Positions 44,051 to 53,817 are shown, counted from the first letter of the stretch. The stretch: 64,000 nt of DNA from Eubacteriales bacterium (GCA_045539625.1 JAZQFS010000042.1:171-64170), one strand, 5' to 3'. The notes: generated by a model not told the origin, from the sequence alone. Translations and numbers: made by a program.

Positions 44051-45169
44051 TTATTTTTGATAAAGCTCAATTGTTTGCTTGGCAACATCCTGCCAGCTGT
44101 ATTTATTTAAAATGAATTCATCTGCGCCTTCACGGTATTTTTCCACAAGTGTGAAGTCTTCACACAATTGCCGCAGCTTTTGAGCAAGGTCCTCAACATT
44201 ACCTTTTTTGAAGTACATTGCCCTGTCTTCTGCAACTGCCGTGTTTTCGGGAATATCCGAACAAAGAAGTGCATTACCGTATGCAAGTGCTTCAAGCAGG
44301 CACAGTGACATTCCTTCAAGGTCTGAGGGGAGCACGTTTATATACGCATTTGAATATATTTCACAAAGTGTATCTCCCGACACAAAGCCTGTAAATATAA
44401 TATTGGGGTTATTTTTTGCTTTTTGCTTAAGGCTTTCAACATAATCGTCGGTATCACTGGTATCGCCTGCAATGACAAGCTTTTTATCTGTCTCAATGCT
44501 GTTATAGGCATCAATGAGATAATGAATTCCCTTTTCGGCGGTAAGTCTTGAAACAACGCAAATATATTCATCCTTTTTCAGTCCGAACTTTTCGGTAATT
44601 ATCTGTGCTTGCTTCTTTTCGGGACGGCTTATGCCGTTATGAATAATCGTGGTTTGGCGTCCATAGGTTTCTTCAAAGTAGTCATAAGCGGCTTTACTGA
44701 GCACTATGACCTCATCGGCGTGCTTTGCAAGTACTTTTTCACCGAATTTTATATACTTGGAAGCAAATCCTTTACCCCACTTTTCTCTCTGCCAGTCTAG
44801 TCCGTGCACGGTAGCTACGCACTTTTTACCAAAGAGTTTCGGAATCCACAGTGCCGCACAAGGACCTTCGGCATGGAAATGTACAACATCGTACTTTCTG
44901 AAGGATGCCGCTATTGCCGCAGTAAATGATGCTATCATTGCAGCAAAGCCTCGCACATTCAGTGTAGGAGCTTTTTTAATTTTTACTCCCTTATACTTTT
45001 TGTCCACCACCGTTCCAATGTATTCATTTTCAACCTTATCGCTTGATCGGTTATAGCAGGTAACATCATGTCCCATTTCAACAAGTATGGGGCAAAGCGT
45101 TGTCAGCACATTTTCAATTCCGCCGCGTCTTGACGGAACAACCTTATGCCCTATCATGGCAATTTTCAT
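44051..45169 (-). CDS. family 4 (GT-B) glycosyltransferase
   Basis: MKIAMIGHKVVPSRRGGIENVL... and C-terminal LPSDLEGMSLCLLEALAYGNALLCSD. ATG at 45169 is preferred (GGAG 8 nt upstream). Confidence 0.85.
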   Translation of the reverse strand: MKIAMIGHKVVPSRRGGIENVLTTLCPILVEMGHDVTCYNRSSDKVENEYIGTVVDKKYKGVKIKKAPTLNVRGFAAMIASFTAAIAASFRKYDVVHFHAEGPCAALWIPKLFGKKCVATVHGLDWQREKWGKGFASKYIKFGEKVLAKHADEVIVLSKAAYDYFEETYGRQTTIIHNGISRPEKKQAQIITEKFGLKKDEYICVVSRLTAEKGIHYLIDAYNSIETDKKLVIAGDTSDTDDYVESLKQKAKNNPNIIFTGFVSGDTLCEIYSNAYINVLPSDLEGMSLCLLEALAYGNALLCSDIPENTAVAEDRAMYFKKGNVEDLAQKLRQLCEDFTLVEKYREGADEFILNKYSWQDVAKQTIELYQK

Positions 45170-45190
45170 TTTAATCACTCCAAAATTCCA

Positions 45191-45871
45191 TCATCTTCCT
45201 GTAGCCGTCAGCATAACTATAGGTGTTTTAAGCATAATCTTCAGGTCATTAAGGTAGGTTCTTGTCTGTATGTATTCGATATCCATTTCAACCCACTGTT
45301 CAAAAGGAATATCGTTTCTGTTTTTGGAAATCTGCCAGGTACAGGTAAGGCCCGGTGTTACCAGAAGTCTCAGCCTCTGATAGTCGGTATAGTGCTGCAC
45401 TTCTCTTGGCAGCGGAGGTCTCGGCCCTACAAGAGTCATATCTCCTTTAAGAACATTAAAGAACTGCATAAGCTCGTCCAGCGACAGCTTTCTCAACCAC
45501 TTACCAACTCTTGTTATACGCGGGTCCTCCTTGATTTTGAACACGGGACCGTCCATTTCGTTCTGCTTTGCAAGCTCTTCAATCATCTTGTCGGCATTCT
45601 TTCTCATGGTTCTGAACTTATACATATAAAATTCCTTACCGTGACGTCCCACTCTTATCTGTTTATAAAATGGACCTGCTTTTGGGTCGTCGATAACTAT
45701 GACAATGGAAATTATAATCATCAAAGGTAGGAAAAACAGCAAAATCAAGGTTGCAAAAAAGATATCGAAAAGTCTCTTACTCATCCAAAATGTGGAATAT
45801 GATTTTTCAATGATTTTTTCCAGCTTTTCTCTTGTTCTGGCGTCAACCTTTTCCTGGTCAATATAAGGCAT
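45191..45871 (-). CDS. polyprenyl-phosphate sugar-1-phosphate transferase (bacterial sugar transferase family, priming enzyme)
   Basis: KRLFDIFFATLILLFFLPLMIIISIVIVIDD...PFYKQIRVGRHGKEFYMYKFRTM...LDELMQFFNVLKGDMTLVGPRP is the PF02397-type signature. Confidence 0.85.
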   Translation of the reverse strand: MPYIDQEKVDARTREKLEKIIEKSYSTFWMSKRLFDIFFATLILLFFLPLMIIISIVIVIDDPKAGPFYKQIRVGRHGKEFYMYKFRTMRKNADKMIEELAKQNEMDGPVFKIKEDPRITRVGKWLRKLSLDELMQFFNVLKGDMTLVGPRPPLPREVQHYTDYQRLRLLVTPGLTCTWQISKNRNDIPFEQWVEMDIEYIQTRTYLNDLKIMLKTPIVMLTATGR

Positions 45872-46740
45872 TATTCTTTAACACTTCTTTCTGATATATT
45901 TCGTACACATTCAAATTCGGTTTTCCGTCCCGAGGAAAAATAAAAATCCTTAAATACAACGTTTTTATCTGCCAACTGATATTCAAGCTTATCTATATAA
46001 CCGGGATGGAACAGAACCTCAACGTCTTTTCCTTGTTTTTCGGCAAGCTTTTCGTATTTCGGCAAAAGCTTTTTTACACGTTTTTCATCCATTTTTCCCG
46101 AAAACAGTATTCCGAAAAAGTACGCTGTTTTTATCTCATAATCTTTTGTATGCTTTTTATTGCACAGCCAAAGAAATTTCAATAGCAACTGTTTTATAAC
46201 ATTCACTGCGTTATAGGTAAAATACAGTGACTGTGTTGTAACAAAAGGCAACATCGGTTCTGCAGGTATTCTCACATAGTCCGCCTGTATTTTCTCATCC
46301 TTCAGCACTCTTACCAATGCCCTGAACACCGCAGGTATCATGTGTGTATGCTGATGGCTGTCGATGCAAAACGGAATATCTTTTGGCAAAATGCTTTGCC
46401 AATATCTGACCTGAGCCAAAATTTCTTTATACAGCTGTTCTTCAAGCTTTTTACCGCACAGGAAATTCAGCCTGAAAAGTCCTCCGAAGCGGTGCTTCAG
46501 ATTACCGTCCTTATGGGCAATCAGGTCTATTTCCTCAGGATTTGCCATGCACTTTCCTTCAACAAGATTAAGATGAAGTGAAAGTCTTACATTTTTTATT
46601 TCAGTAAGCTCCTTCAAATCAACTTCACCGAAATTTGGAAATACGCTTATTTTATTCAGTACCCCGTCACGAAGGCACTTTTTTATATTTGTCGATGTAT
46701 CTCTGCAAAGCCCGAAATCATCGGCACAGTAATAAATCAC
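45871..46740 (-). CDS. ChbG/YdjC-family carbohydrate deacetylase-like protein
   Basis: N-terminal MIYYCADDFGL and the mid-protein HQHTHM motif, at the right size for the YdjC family. Confidence 0.75.
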   Translation of the reverse strand: MIYYCADDFGLCRDTSTNIKKCLRDGVLNKISVFPNFGEVDLKELTEIKNVRLSLHLNLVEGKCMANPEEIDLIAHKDGNLKHRFGGLFRLNFLCGKKLEEQLYKEILAQVRYWQSILPKDIPFCIDSHQHTHMIPAVFRALVRVLKDEKIQADYVRIPAEPMLPFVTTQSLYFTYNAVNVIKQLLLKFLWLCNKKHTKDYEIKTAYFFGILFSGKMDEKRVKKLLPKYEKLAEKQGKDVEVLFHPGYIDKLEYQLADKNVVFKDFYFSSGRKTEFECVRNISERSVKE

Positions 46741-48308
46741 TTGTTTTCACACTCCGAGCCAAGCTTTATGACAATAACATCCTCAATTACGGCAATACAG
46801 CCTTTATCAGGCCATGTTTCCATAGTCTTAACGTCCTGTCTTTGGAGGAAGGACTTCTTTTCCTCACCGTAAACAAAGTTATAGTTCTTATCACAGTAAT
46901 CATTGAGAGCACTGCAAAGCACGCTTTGTCCCACCGTTTCATCATCGGCACGAAGTATATATCCGTCGGTGATGCCGGTAATATCGGGGGTGAGGTTTAC
47001 ACTATAGTCACGGCTGTTACTAAGCGCACCGACTACCAGAATTCTGCCGCACTCCTTTGTGCCGTCTGTCAGGTCTATACGGTCAGCAATACGCACAAGA
47101 GTGCCGTAGGACTTTTCGTAAGCCATCTGTGCTTTATGATAGCTGACATTTGCAATAACAATCTGATTTGCAACAAGCAAAGCAGATATTGCAAGCACGC
47201 ACCAGCACTTAACCGCACCTCTGTTTTCATTTGCTTCACTTCCTCTTTCATACACAAGGATAAAAAACAAATAAAACACACTGTAGCCCATAAGCATAAG
47301 GTTATGATAATCAACGCCCGCATTTACAAATGCAAGTGCCGATGCACCCCAAACAAGCATAACACCTATAACGGCAAGCAGCACAAGATTATGCGGTTTT
47401 TTATAAACCTTATTTTTTATAATGCTCTTTATGTAATATGCAAGTGTAAACAGCATGATTATGACATTAAGCACCACATACACGTTTACGCCGTCCGACA
47501 CGTCAAAAAAGCACTTAACAAAGGTTTCTTTAACGGTATAGAGTGATGCAAAAATATCAATTTCCGAAAGGGATGCCGCACTGTCAAGCCCCTGATATTC
47601 AAGAAGATTTGTTTTGCTGAGTGCAAGTACTGCTTTCATTACAACAGCATACAGAACAGCTCCTGCAAAACCCGACAGCAGTATCTGCATTGCCTTTTTG
47701 AAAAGCTTCTTAAAGGCTGCACCGCCGAACACCAGCTCATCTGTAAGGTGAAGCAAAACAAGCATTATTGTCACTGTTACATACGCCTGATATATGCCCA
47801 TGGACAGTGCAATAAGAGTTGCTGAAATCAGGTACTTCGGCTTTGGTCTTGTAAGAAAATATGCTGCCAGAACTGCAAGGAAGAATGATATACCGTATCC
47901 GTCTGCAACATAGTTATACATCATAACAGAGGTTACTGTGGGAAAGGAAACGGTAACTGCACCGATTATTGCAGCAGTTATCCTCTTTCTGACATCAAGC
48001 ATACCGCAGATGAACACAGCACCGAGAGCATGAAACACTATTGAAAGCAAACCGTTCAACAACGGCAAATCATAAAATGAACTGAAGGAGCACACAACAG
48101 GCAGAAACCATCTGCCAAGACCTATCATATTCTGGGAATCATATCTGAACACCAACGAGTCCCAGTTTGGCAGCCAGTTTGTTATTTTATAAAGATGTGC
48201 CGCAAGTCCTGTCAGCAATGCTGCAAAAAAGCACACTTTCCATTGGGGCAGGATACTTTTATTCAGTTTTTTCAATACTTTTTCAGGCAAAACTACCACT
48301 CCAGCCAT
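46737..48308 (-). CDS. GtrII-type (PF14264-like) membrane glucosyltransferase
   Basis: Polytopic membrane protein with the family-typical N-terminus (FFAALLTGLAAHLYKITNWLPNWDSLVFRYDSQNMIGLGRWFLP) and a soluble C-terminal part. Confidence 0.65.
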   Translation of the reverse strand: MAGVVVLPEKVLKKLNKSILPQWKVCFFAALLTGLAAHLYKITNWLPNWDSLVFRYDSQNMIGLGRWFLPVVCSFSSFYDLPLLNGLLSIVFHALGAVFICGMLDVRKRITAAIIGAVTVSFPTVTSVMMYNYVADGYGISFFLAVLAAYFLTRPKPKYLISATLIALSMGIYQAYVTVTIMLVLLHLTDELVFGGAAFKKLFKKAMQILLSGFAGAVLYAVVMKAVLALSKTNLLEYQGLDSAASLSEIDIFASLYTVKETFVKCFFDVSDGVNVYVVLNVIIMLFTLAYYIKSIIKNKVYKKPHNLVLLAVIGVMLVWGASALAFVNAGVDYHNLMLMGYSVFYLFFILVYERGSEANENRGAVKCWCVLAISALLVANQIVIANVSYHKAQMAYEKSYGTLVRIADRIDLTDGTKECGRILVVGALSNSRDYSVNLTPDITGITDGYILRADDETVGQSVLCSALNDYCDKNYNFVYGEEKKSFLQRQDVKTMETWPDKGCIAVIEDVIVIKLGSECENK

Positions 48309-49027
48309 TTGAATTTATGCAAAAATTTTCCGTACAGTTTATCGTACATTTTAACACCCACAATACGCTTTAAAAACAATGTGCGTTTTGATGTTTTGGA
48401 TGTCCACGAAGCACAAAAATGATGTATTGAATAGGTATTCTTTGTTATCTTTTTCTTTCCCGTATAATATTTCATAGGGCAAAGATAGTCTTCGGGAAGC
48501 ATGTGTATTCCCATAAAAACCTGATTCTGATTGGTTATATCCAAACCAAGCTTTTCCATGGTTTTGGTATTTCTGTCGGGACAGGGAGTCATATCAAAGC
48601 TTCCGTCCTCAAGGACAAAAGGGATATGGTCATAATCTGCCAAAAGTGCACCCACCAGCTCATTGCCCTTTTCACAGCCAAAGCCCAACCCCGTTGAAAT
48701 AACGCCGTTATCGTCAAAGCCCATATAGCCGGATTCTTTTACAAGCTCATCAATGGGTTTTATAATCTCAACATCTGTATCAAGGTATATTCCACCTTGG
48801 TCATAAAGTACCTTCAATCGTACGTAGTCACTGACAAATGCCCACTTTTTTGCTTCATAGGCTTGTCTTGCGTATTTATTATGACTGATGTCAAAGTTAT
48901 CCTCGTTATGGCATTCTATTTCATAATCGGGGCAATACTTCTGCCAGCTTTTTATACATTTTTGTGCAAGCGCGGGCATTTTGCCTCTACCGAACCAGCA
49001 GTAGTGTATTACCTTTGGAATACTCAT
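48293..49027 (-). CDS. family 32-type glycosyltransferase (OCH1/capsular sugar transferase, DXD)
   Basis: IPKVIHYCWFGRGKMP...WAFVSDYVRLKVLYDQGGIYLDTDVE. Confidence 0.75.
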   Translation of the reverse strand: MSIPKVIHYCWFGRGKMPALAQKCIKSWQKYCPDYEIECHNEDNFDISHNKYARQAYEAKKWAFVSDYVRLKVLYDQGGIYLDTDVEIIKPIDELVKESGYMGFDDNGVISTGLGFGCEKGNELVGALLADYDHIPFVLEDGSFDMTPCPDRNTKTMEKLGLDITNQNQVFMGIHMLPEDYLCPMKYYTGKKKITKNTYSIHHFCASWTSKTSKRTLFLKRIVGVKMYDKLYGKFLHKFKWLEW

Positions 49028-50529
49028 TTACTTTTCTTCCCCCTATAAAGCTCAAGAGCTGTTTTAAATGCTTTTCTGTTAAATACGAAATTTACAAGTA
49101 AATACAATCCCACAATCCATACGGCATTTGCCATTCCGTAAAGCAACAGCTTAAAAAACGGAGTATTACTGAAGGAGTCAACAAAGAACACCGACATAAT
49201 TACGGCAAAAACCGCTGTATTTACAAGGATTATTCTATATGTACAAAACGCACTTCTGCCCAGAATCTTTTTATTTGAGTGGTAAACCGTCACAACCGAA
49301 CGGTACACAAGTGCCGCAATTGTTCCCACAATAGCACCGCAGATACCCATATAGTAAATTGCGGCAACTGACACTGTTATATTTATAATCATTTCCCAAA
49401 GGGCGTGGCGGCGTGTCTTCTGAAAATCGCCTGAGTATTCAATAATTCCGTTTATGGGAAGTTTTGAAGCGGCAATCAAATTCATAACAACAAAAAGAAT
49501 CAGAAGAAGCGGATTTGTATACTGAGCATCCTCTATTCCGCCTGTATAAATCTGAATGAGCGGCAGAAGAAAAACTGCCATAAGAGTATAAACAATAAAG
49601 TTTGCGGTTATATAAAAGGTTTCGTAAACATTAAACAGCTTATCAAACTTTTCTCTGTCGGTATTGAACATCTGACCCAGTGCAAAGGTAAAAGAAGAAA
49701 CAACACTTGTTATAAAGTTCTGCACCTGTGAAAAGAAGATGTTATATATTGCATAAATACTTACCGCTTTAAAATCGCAGAGAACGGAAATAAGTATTAC
49801 ATCGGTATTATTGAACACCATTCCCGAAAGCTGATGCACAAGCACCGAGTTTTTCTGTGATATTGCTTGAAAATCAGGCTTTGCCTTAAGGTCCAGCCAC
49901 GTATATCTGCGTTTTGCGTAAAAATAAAGAAAGCCAAGCTGAAAAAGTGCAATAACGCAATACACAAGCTGTATGAGAACAAGGCTGTCTGTGAGAAACA
50001 GCACCAATATCTTACCTGCATTTGATGCAAGCTGTAAAAATGTTTCCGAGTTATTTATTACATATTTTCTGCCGTCAACCTCCATGAGGATTCTGTACTT
50101 TGACTGCACAAAATAGTTGAAAAGCGAAGGGATTGCATTTAATATTACCATAACAAACAGCACATTACTGTCTATTGATGTGGGAACAAAATATGCGTAC
50201 ACCACCCCAATTGCAAGGACTATTGCAGCATATATTACGCCTGTTCTTTTATAATAGGAATGGGTTGCTGAAAGAACGGCACTTGCACTTTCATAATCCT
50301 TCTCGCCTATTCTCTTATAAAGCGCCTGAGTTGTGGCAAGTCCTACGCCCGCTTCAAGAAGGCACAGGTATGTAAAAATCTGCTTTATTGTGGAAAGTAC
50401 ACCGTTTACCTCTGAGCCGAAGTTTTCAAGATACAGTCTCGGAAGCAGAAAGCTCAAGGATATGAGAACTACCTGATACACAAGTGACGATATCAGGTTA
50501 TGCTTTATTCTTGAATCCTTAAAAGCCAA
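49024..50529 (-). CDS. Wzx-type oligosaccharide flippase (MOP superfamily)
   Basis: About 12-14 TM segments. N-terminus NLISSLVYQVVLISLSFLLPRLYLENFGSEVNGV is typical of polysaccharide biosynthesis proteins. Confidence 0.75.
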   Translation of the reverse strand: MAFKDSRIKHNLISSLVYQVVLISLSFLLPRLYLENFGSEVNGVLSTIKQIFTYLCLLEAGVGLATTQALYKRIGEKDYESASAVLSATHSYYKRTGVIYAAIVLAIGVVYAYFVPTSIDSNVLFVMVILNAIPSLFNYFVQSKYRILMEVDGRKYVINNSETFLQLASNAGKILVLFLTDSLVLIQLVYCVIALFQLGFLYFYAKRRYTWLDLKAKPDFQAISQKNSVLVHQLSGMVFNNTDVILISVLCDFKAVSIYAIYNIFFSQVQNFITSVVSSFTFALGQMFNTDREKFDKLFNVYETFYITANFIVYTLMAVFLLPLIQIYTGGIEDAQYTNPLLLILFVVMNLIAASKLPINGIIEYSGDFQKTRRHALWEMIINITVSVAAIYYMGICGAIVGTIAALVYRSVVTVYHSNKKILGRSAFCTYRIILVNTAVFAVIMSVFFVDSFSNTPFFKLLLYGMANAVWIVGLYLLVNFVFNRKAFKTALELYRGKKSK

Positions 50530-50572
50530 GTTCTCACCTCCGAAAAGTACTTACTGCGTTTTACCGAAAACA

Positions 50573-51115
50573 TCACACACGGTTATCAATATATCCCTCG
50601 GTGGCATTTTCTCTTTCAATTATTCGTGCAGGATTTCCCACAACGATGCTATGGTCGGGTACATCAAAATTAACATAGGCAAGAGGTGCTATAAGAACAT
50701 CGCTGCCAATCTTTACGTTTCCCACAACAACCGCATTGGTTCCTATCCAGCAATTATCCAAAATCGTGGGAGCACCTTTTCTTTTGCCACGGTTTTCAGC
50801 ACCGATTGTAACACCTGTTCCAAGATTCACATTCTTACCCAAAACCGCATTTGGATTTATAATAACTCTTCCCGTATGTCCGATATAAAATCCTTCTCCG
50901 ATTTTTGTGCGTGCAGGAATCTGTATATGTGTCTTTGCCGAAAGGTGTCTAAGTCTCAACATATAGTAAAGCTTAAGAGGCAAAAAAGAGCATTTATTTG
51001 CCTTTCTGAACATTGCTATGTATTTAATTTCCAAGGGACGGAACACTCTTTTAAGGAAAGGCTCGCCTTTTTCACCGTAGTAGCGGTAAAGGTCTTTTTT
51101 GAAGATACTATTCAT
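50573..51115 (-). CDS. hexapeptide-repeat O-acetyltransferase (serine acetyltransferase-like)
   Basis: Left-handed beta-helix repeats (IGEGFYIGHTGRVIINPNAVLGKNVNLGTGVTIG...IGTNAVVVGNVKIGSDVLIAP). Confidence 0.8.
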   Translation of the reverse strand: MNSIFKKDLYRYYGEKGEPFLKRVFRPLEIKYIAMFRKANKCSFLPLKLYYMLRLRHLSAKTHIQIPARTKIGEGFYIGHTGRVIINPNAVLGKNVNLGTGVTIGAENRGKRKGAPTILDNCWIGTNAVVVGNVKIGSDVLIAPLAYVNFDVPDHSIVVGNPARIIERENATEGYIDNRV

Positions 51116-51124
51116 AATTCACAC

Positions 51125-51541
51125 TCATTTTTCTTTGGACTCAAGAAAAATCTTTCTTGTTACAAAATTGTACACAGGCACAATTACCATGGCAAGGAAT
51201 TTGATTACAAGGTAGTAAATCTTCGTAAAGCTTACGCCTACCCACAAAATGAATTGGTTAAGGCAAAGTCCACCGATGCTGAGAAGCACAAACAGCACAA
51301 ATTCACGAAGCTTACTTTGATTTTTGCTTTTAAACACAAAGCTCATACTTAATATGTAATTAACCACAACAGATGCAGTAAAGGAAAGTGCCGAAGCGAC
51401 AAGAACGTCAATATGCAAAAGCTCTTTCAGTGCAACAAGCACCCCTACATCCACAACTGCTGCAATAACGCCCACTACCGCAAACTTTATCAGCTGAAGA
51501 ATCACGTACAAACCCTCCGTTATTCTCTTGCGAATACCCAA
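51125..51541 (-). CDS. GtrA family membrane protein (lipid-linked sugar translocase-like)
   Basis: 138 aa, 4 TM. KFAVVGVIAAVVDVGVLVAL...SFTASVVVNYILSMSFVFKSK is the GtrA signature. Confidence 0.8.
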   Translation of the reverse strand: MGIRKRITEGLYVILQLIKFAVVGVIAAVVDVGVLVALKELLHIDVLVASALSFTASVVVNYILSMSFVFKSKNQSKLREFVLFVLLSIGGLCLNQFILWVGVSFTKIYYLVIKFLAMVIVPVYNFVTRKIFLESKEK

Positions 51542-53817
51542 AGAGTATCCTTTACATCACCGCTGTTATCATCAAGATTATGTACACTGAGAATTACTGT
51601 TTCTCCGTTTACCTTTTTATATGTAATTGACACGGCTTTACCGTCAAGCAACTGACGTTTTATTGCATCAATGTTCAGGAAAGTGGAAACTGCACGGTGA
51701 AAATCGGGATGTACATAGTCACTGATATACTTTTTCAGCACATTTGAAAAGCTTGTATCAGTTTCACCGCAGCCCAGATATGAAGGCATAAGAATTCCCT
51801 GTGCACTGTCGGTATCAAGAGACACTCTGTATATGCCGTTATAGTGTTCTTTAAGCACGGAAATCATTGTATCAATTTCTCTGATACCTGTCTTCATCTG
51901 GCTGAAATTCGTATTTGAATCATCAGAAACCGAAGGCTGTTCCTTATTCTGATAGTACAAAGCCTTTGCTTCATACATTCTTATCTCAGCTTCACGAACC
52001 ATTTCTTCGCAGTTGATATTACAGCTTCTGAAGGACATACCTATTGCAACAGTATAGCCTTTGGGTTTAAGCTGCTCTACAAAGGTCTCAATATTCTGTT
52101 TGACAACGTCATGGGATATTTTCTTTGCAAATACAAGAAATTCATCACCGCCCATGCGGTAAATGCTCTGTCCGTAGAACACTTCCTTCAAGGAGTTTGC
52201 AATAAAGATAAGCATTTCGTCACCTGCGGCGTGACCGTACTTATTATTTCTGATATGAAGCTCATTTACGTCAATATAAATGCACGAAAAATCTTCAGGA
52301 TTTTCTTCATCAAATACAAGAATATCCTTTTTATAAGCAACCCTGTTCATTGCTCCCGTAAGAGAGTCGGTTGTTGCGGCAAGTTCAGTTTTATTAAGGT
52401 GTTTCTTATTATAAATAGCAATTGAGAAGCATACTGCAACATCGCCGATAAGCTTTCTTATAAAGATGCTCTTTTTAGGGTTAATTGTACCGAGAATACT
52501 TACATGATTATTTTTATCAGAGATAATTGCAAAGGATATATCTCTGATATCATGCCCGGTAAGAAATTCGTAAAGTTCGGGATTTGTCTTTGCAAGATGT
52601 CCGTTAGGGAGAATCTGCATAAAGCCTGTCACAAGGCTGTCTGTATGCACATTTGCCGCATATCTGAACAACTCGCCTATTAAATATGTTTTTTCCTCGC
52701 CCTTTATCTCTTTTTCCTTTAACGAGGGTTTGATATAGTTATAGTACTCTCCATCGGTATCGGCGAAAAAGCAGGAACGTGCACTTGAAAATTCCTTTAT
52801 TCTCTTAAGAGCCGTATTTATATTTTCATGGTTTTGGTTAATCTCAAGGAGAAGGTGTCTTATTGAAGAAGACTCGGAATTCAACTTTGCCCTTTTCTTT
52901 TCATTCTTAAGTATAAGTTCAAGATATACAGCCATAATGAGAATAATCACTACAAAAACTATCATAACACTATATGAAATCTTATGTGTTTCCTCAAAAA
53001 CCTGTGTTTCATAACGGGCAAGCATGATTCCCCAGTCAAAATCTTCAATGGTAGAATAATGGATATACAAATCCTCACCGGTAATGATTGACTTAAATGA
53101 AGAAAATCCCTTATCGCCTTGTGCCATAGCTTCATAAGAATAGTCATCATTATAAACTCTATCCTTAAAGTCTGACAGTTCACCCGGTTTATCATCAAGG
53201 GTATCAATAACAAATTTTCCTGTTTCTTTATCATATACAAAAAGCTGTGCATTAAGCTCTTTTGCCATAGCATTATACTTTTCGCCTATAACATCAAGCT
53301 GAATTACACCGTAAAGAATTCCAACCGTTTCACCGTTTACTTTAATGGGCACAGCACTTCTGACAATATCTTTATCTGCGCCTGTAAGGTCGGGAATTCT
53401 GCCGCTTATATACTCTCCTCTTGCCGCTTCGTCTTGAAAGGAAATAATACCATTAAGATCAATTTCTCCCTTTTTGGTAACAAAAGTATTATCCGGATTA
53501 AGAATACCGATATTTGATATGAGACCTATGGGCTTGAAGGACTCAAACATAATATTATAGCTTTCCCCGTTAGTATGAAGCTTTGAGGCAAAGTTTGCCA
53601 TTGTTACAAGATTTTCTCTATCAGACTCCAGCTGCAGTTCAAGATGATCCTTAATTTGCTTTGTCTGGATGTGGAGCATCTCATAGGCATCATTTTCTGC
53701 CTTTATATAAAAAGACGTAACCATTGCCAAGAAAACGGCACATATCAATACCGTTGTAACAACGGTATAAACAATGTTATTTTGTCTTTGTTTTTTTCTT
53801 TCGTAGGTTATTGCCAA
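51520..53817 (-). CDS. sensor diguanylate cyclase: TM - Cache-like extracytoplasmic domain - TM - GAF/PAS-like - GGDEF (intact) - ~125-aa C-terminal domain of unknown function
   Basis: DSLTGAMNRVAYKKD...NNKYGHAAGDEMLIFIANSL...IYRMGGDEFLVFA (intact GGDEF; no RxxD I-site seen). Two TM segments flank a ~250-aa domain. TTG start at 53817. Confidence 0.85.
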   Translation of the reverse strand: MAITYERKKQRQNNIVYTVVTTVLICAVFLAMVTSFYIKAENDAYEMLHIQTKQIKDHLELQLESDRENLVTMANFASKLHTNGESYNIMFESFKPIGLISNIGILNPDNTFVTKKGEIDLNGIISFQDEAARGEYISGRIPDLTGADKDIVRSAVPIKVNGETVGILYGVIQLDVIGEKYNAMAKELNAQLFVYDKETGKFVIDTLDDKPGELSDFKDRVYNDDYSYEAMAQGDKGFSSFKSIITGEDLYIHYSTIEDFDWGIMLARYETQVFEETHKISYSVMIVFVVIILIMAVYLELILKNEKKRAKLNSESSSIRHLLLEINQNHENINTALKRIKEFSSARSCFFADTDGEYYNYIKPSLKEKEIKGEEKTYLIGELFRYAANVHTDSLVTGFMQILPNGHLAKTNPELYEFLTGHDIRDISFAIISDKNNHVSILGTINPKKSIFIRKLIGDVAVCFSIAIYNKKHLNKTELAATTDSLTGAMNRVAYKKDILVFDEENPEDFSCIYIDVNELHIRNNKYGHAAGDEMLIFIANSLKEVFYGQSIYRMGGDEFLVFAKKISHDVVKQNIETFVEQLKPKGYTVAIGMSFRSCNINCEEMVREAEIRMYEAKALYYQNKEQPSVSDDSNTNFSQMKTGIREIDTMISVLKEHYNGIYRVSLDTDSAQGILMPSYLGCGETDTSFSNVLKKYISDYVHPDFHRAVSTFLNIDAIKRQLLDGKAVSITYKKVNGETVILSVHNLDDNSGDVKDTLWVFARE

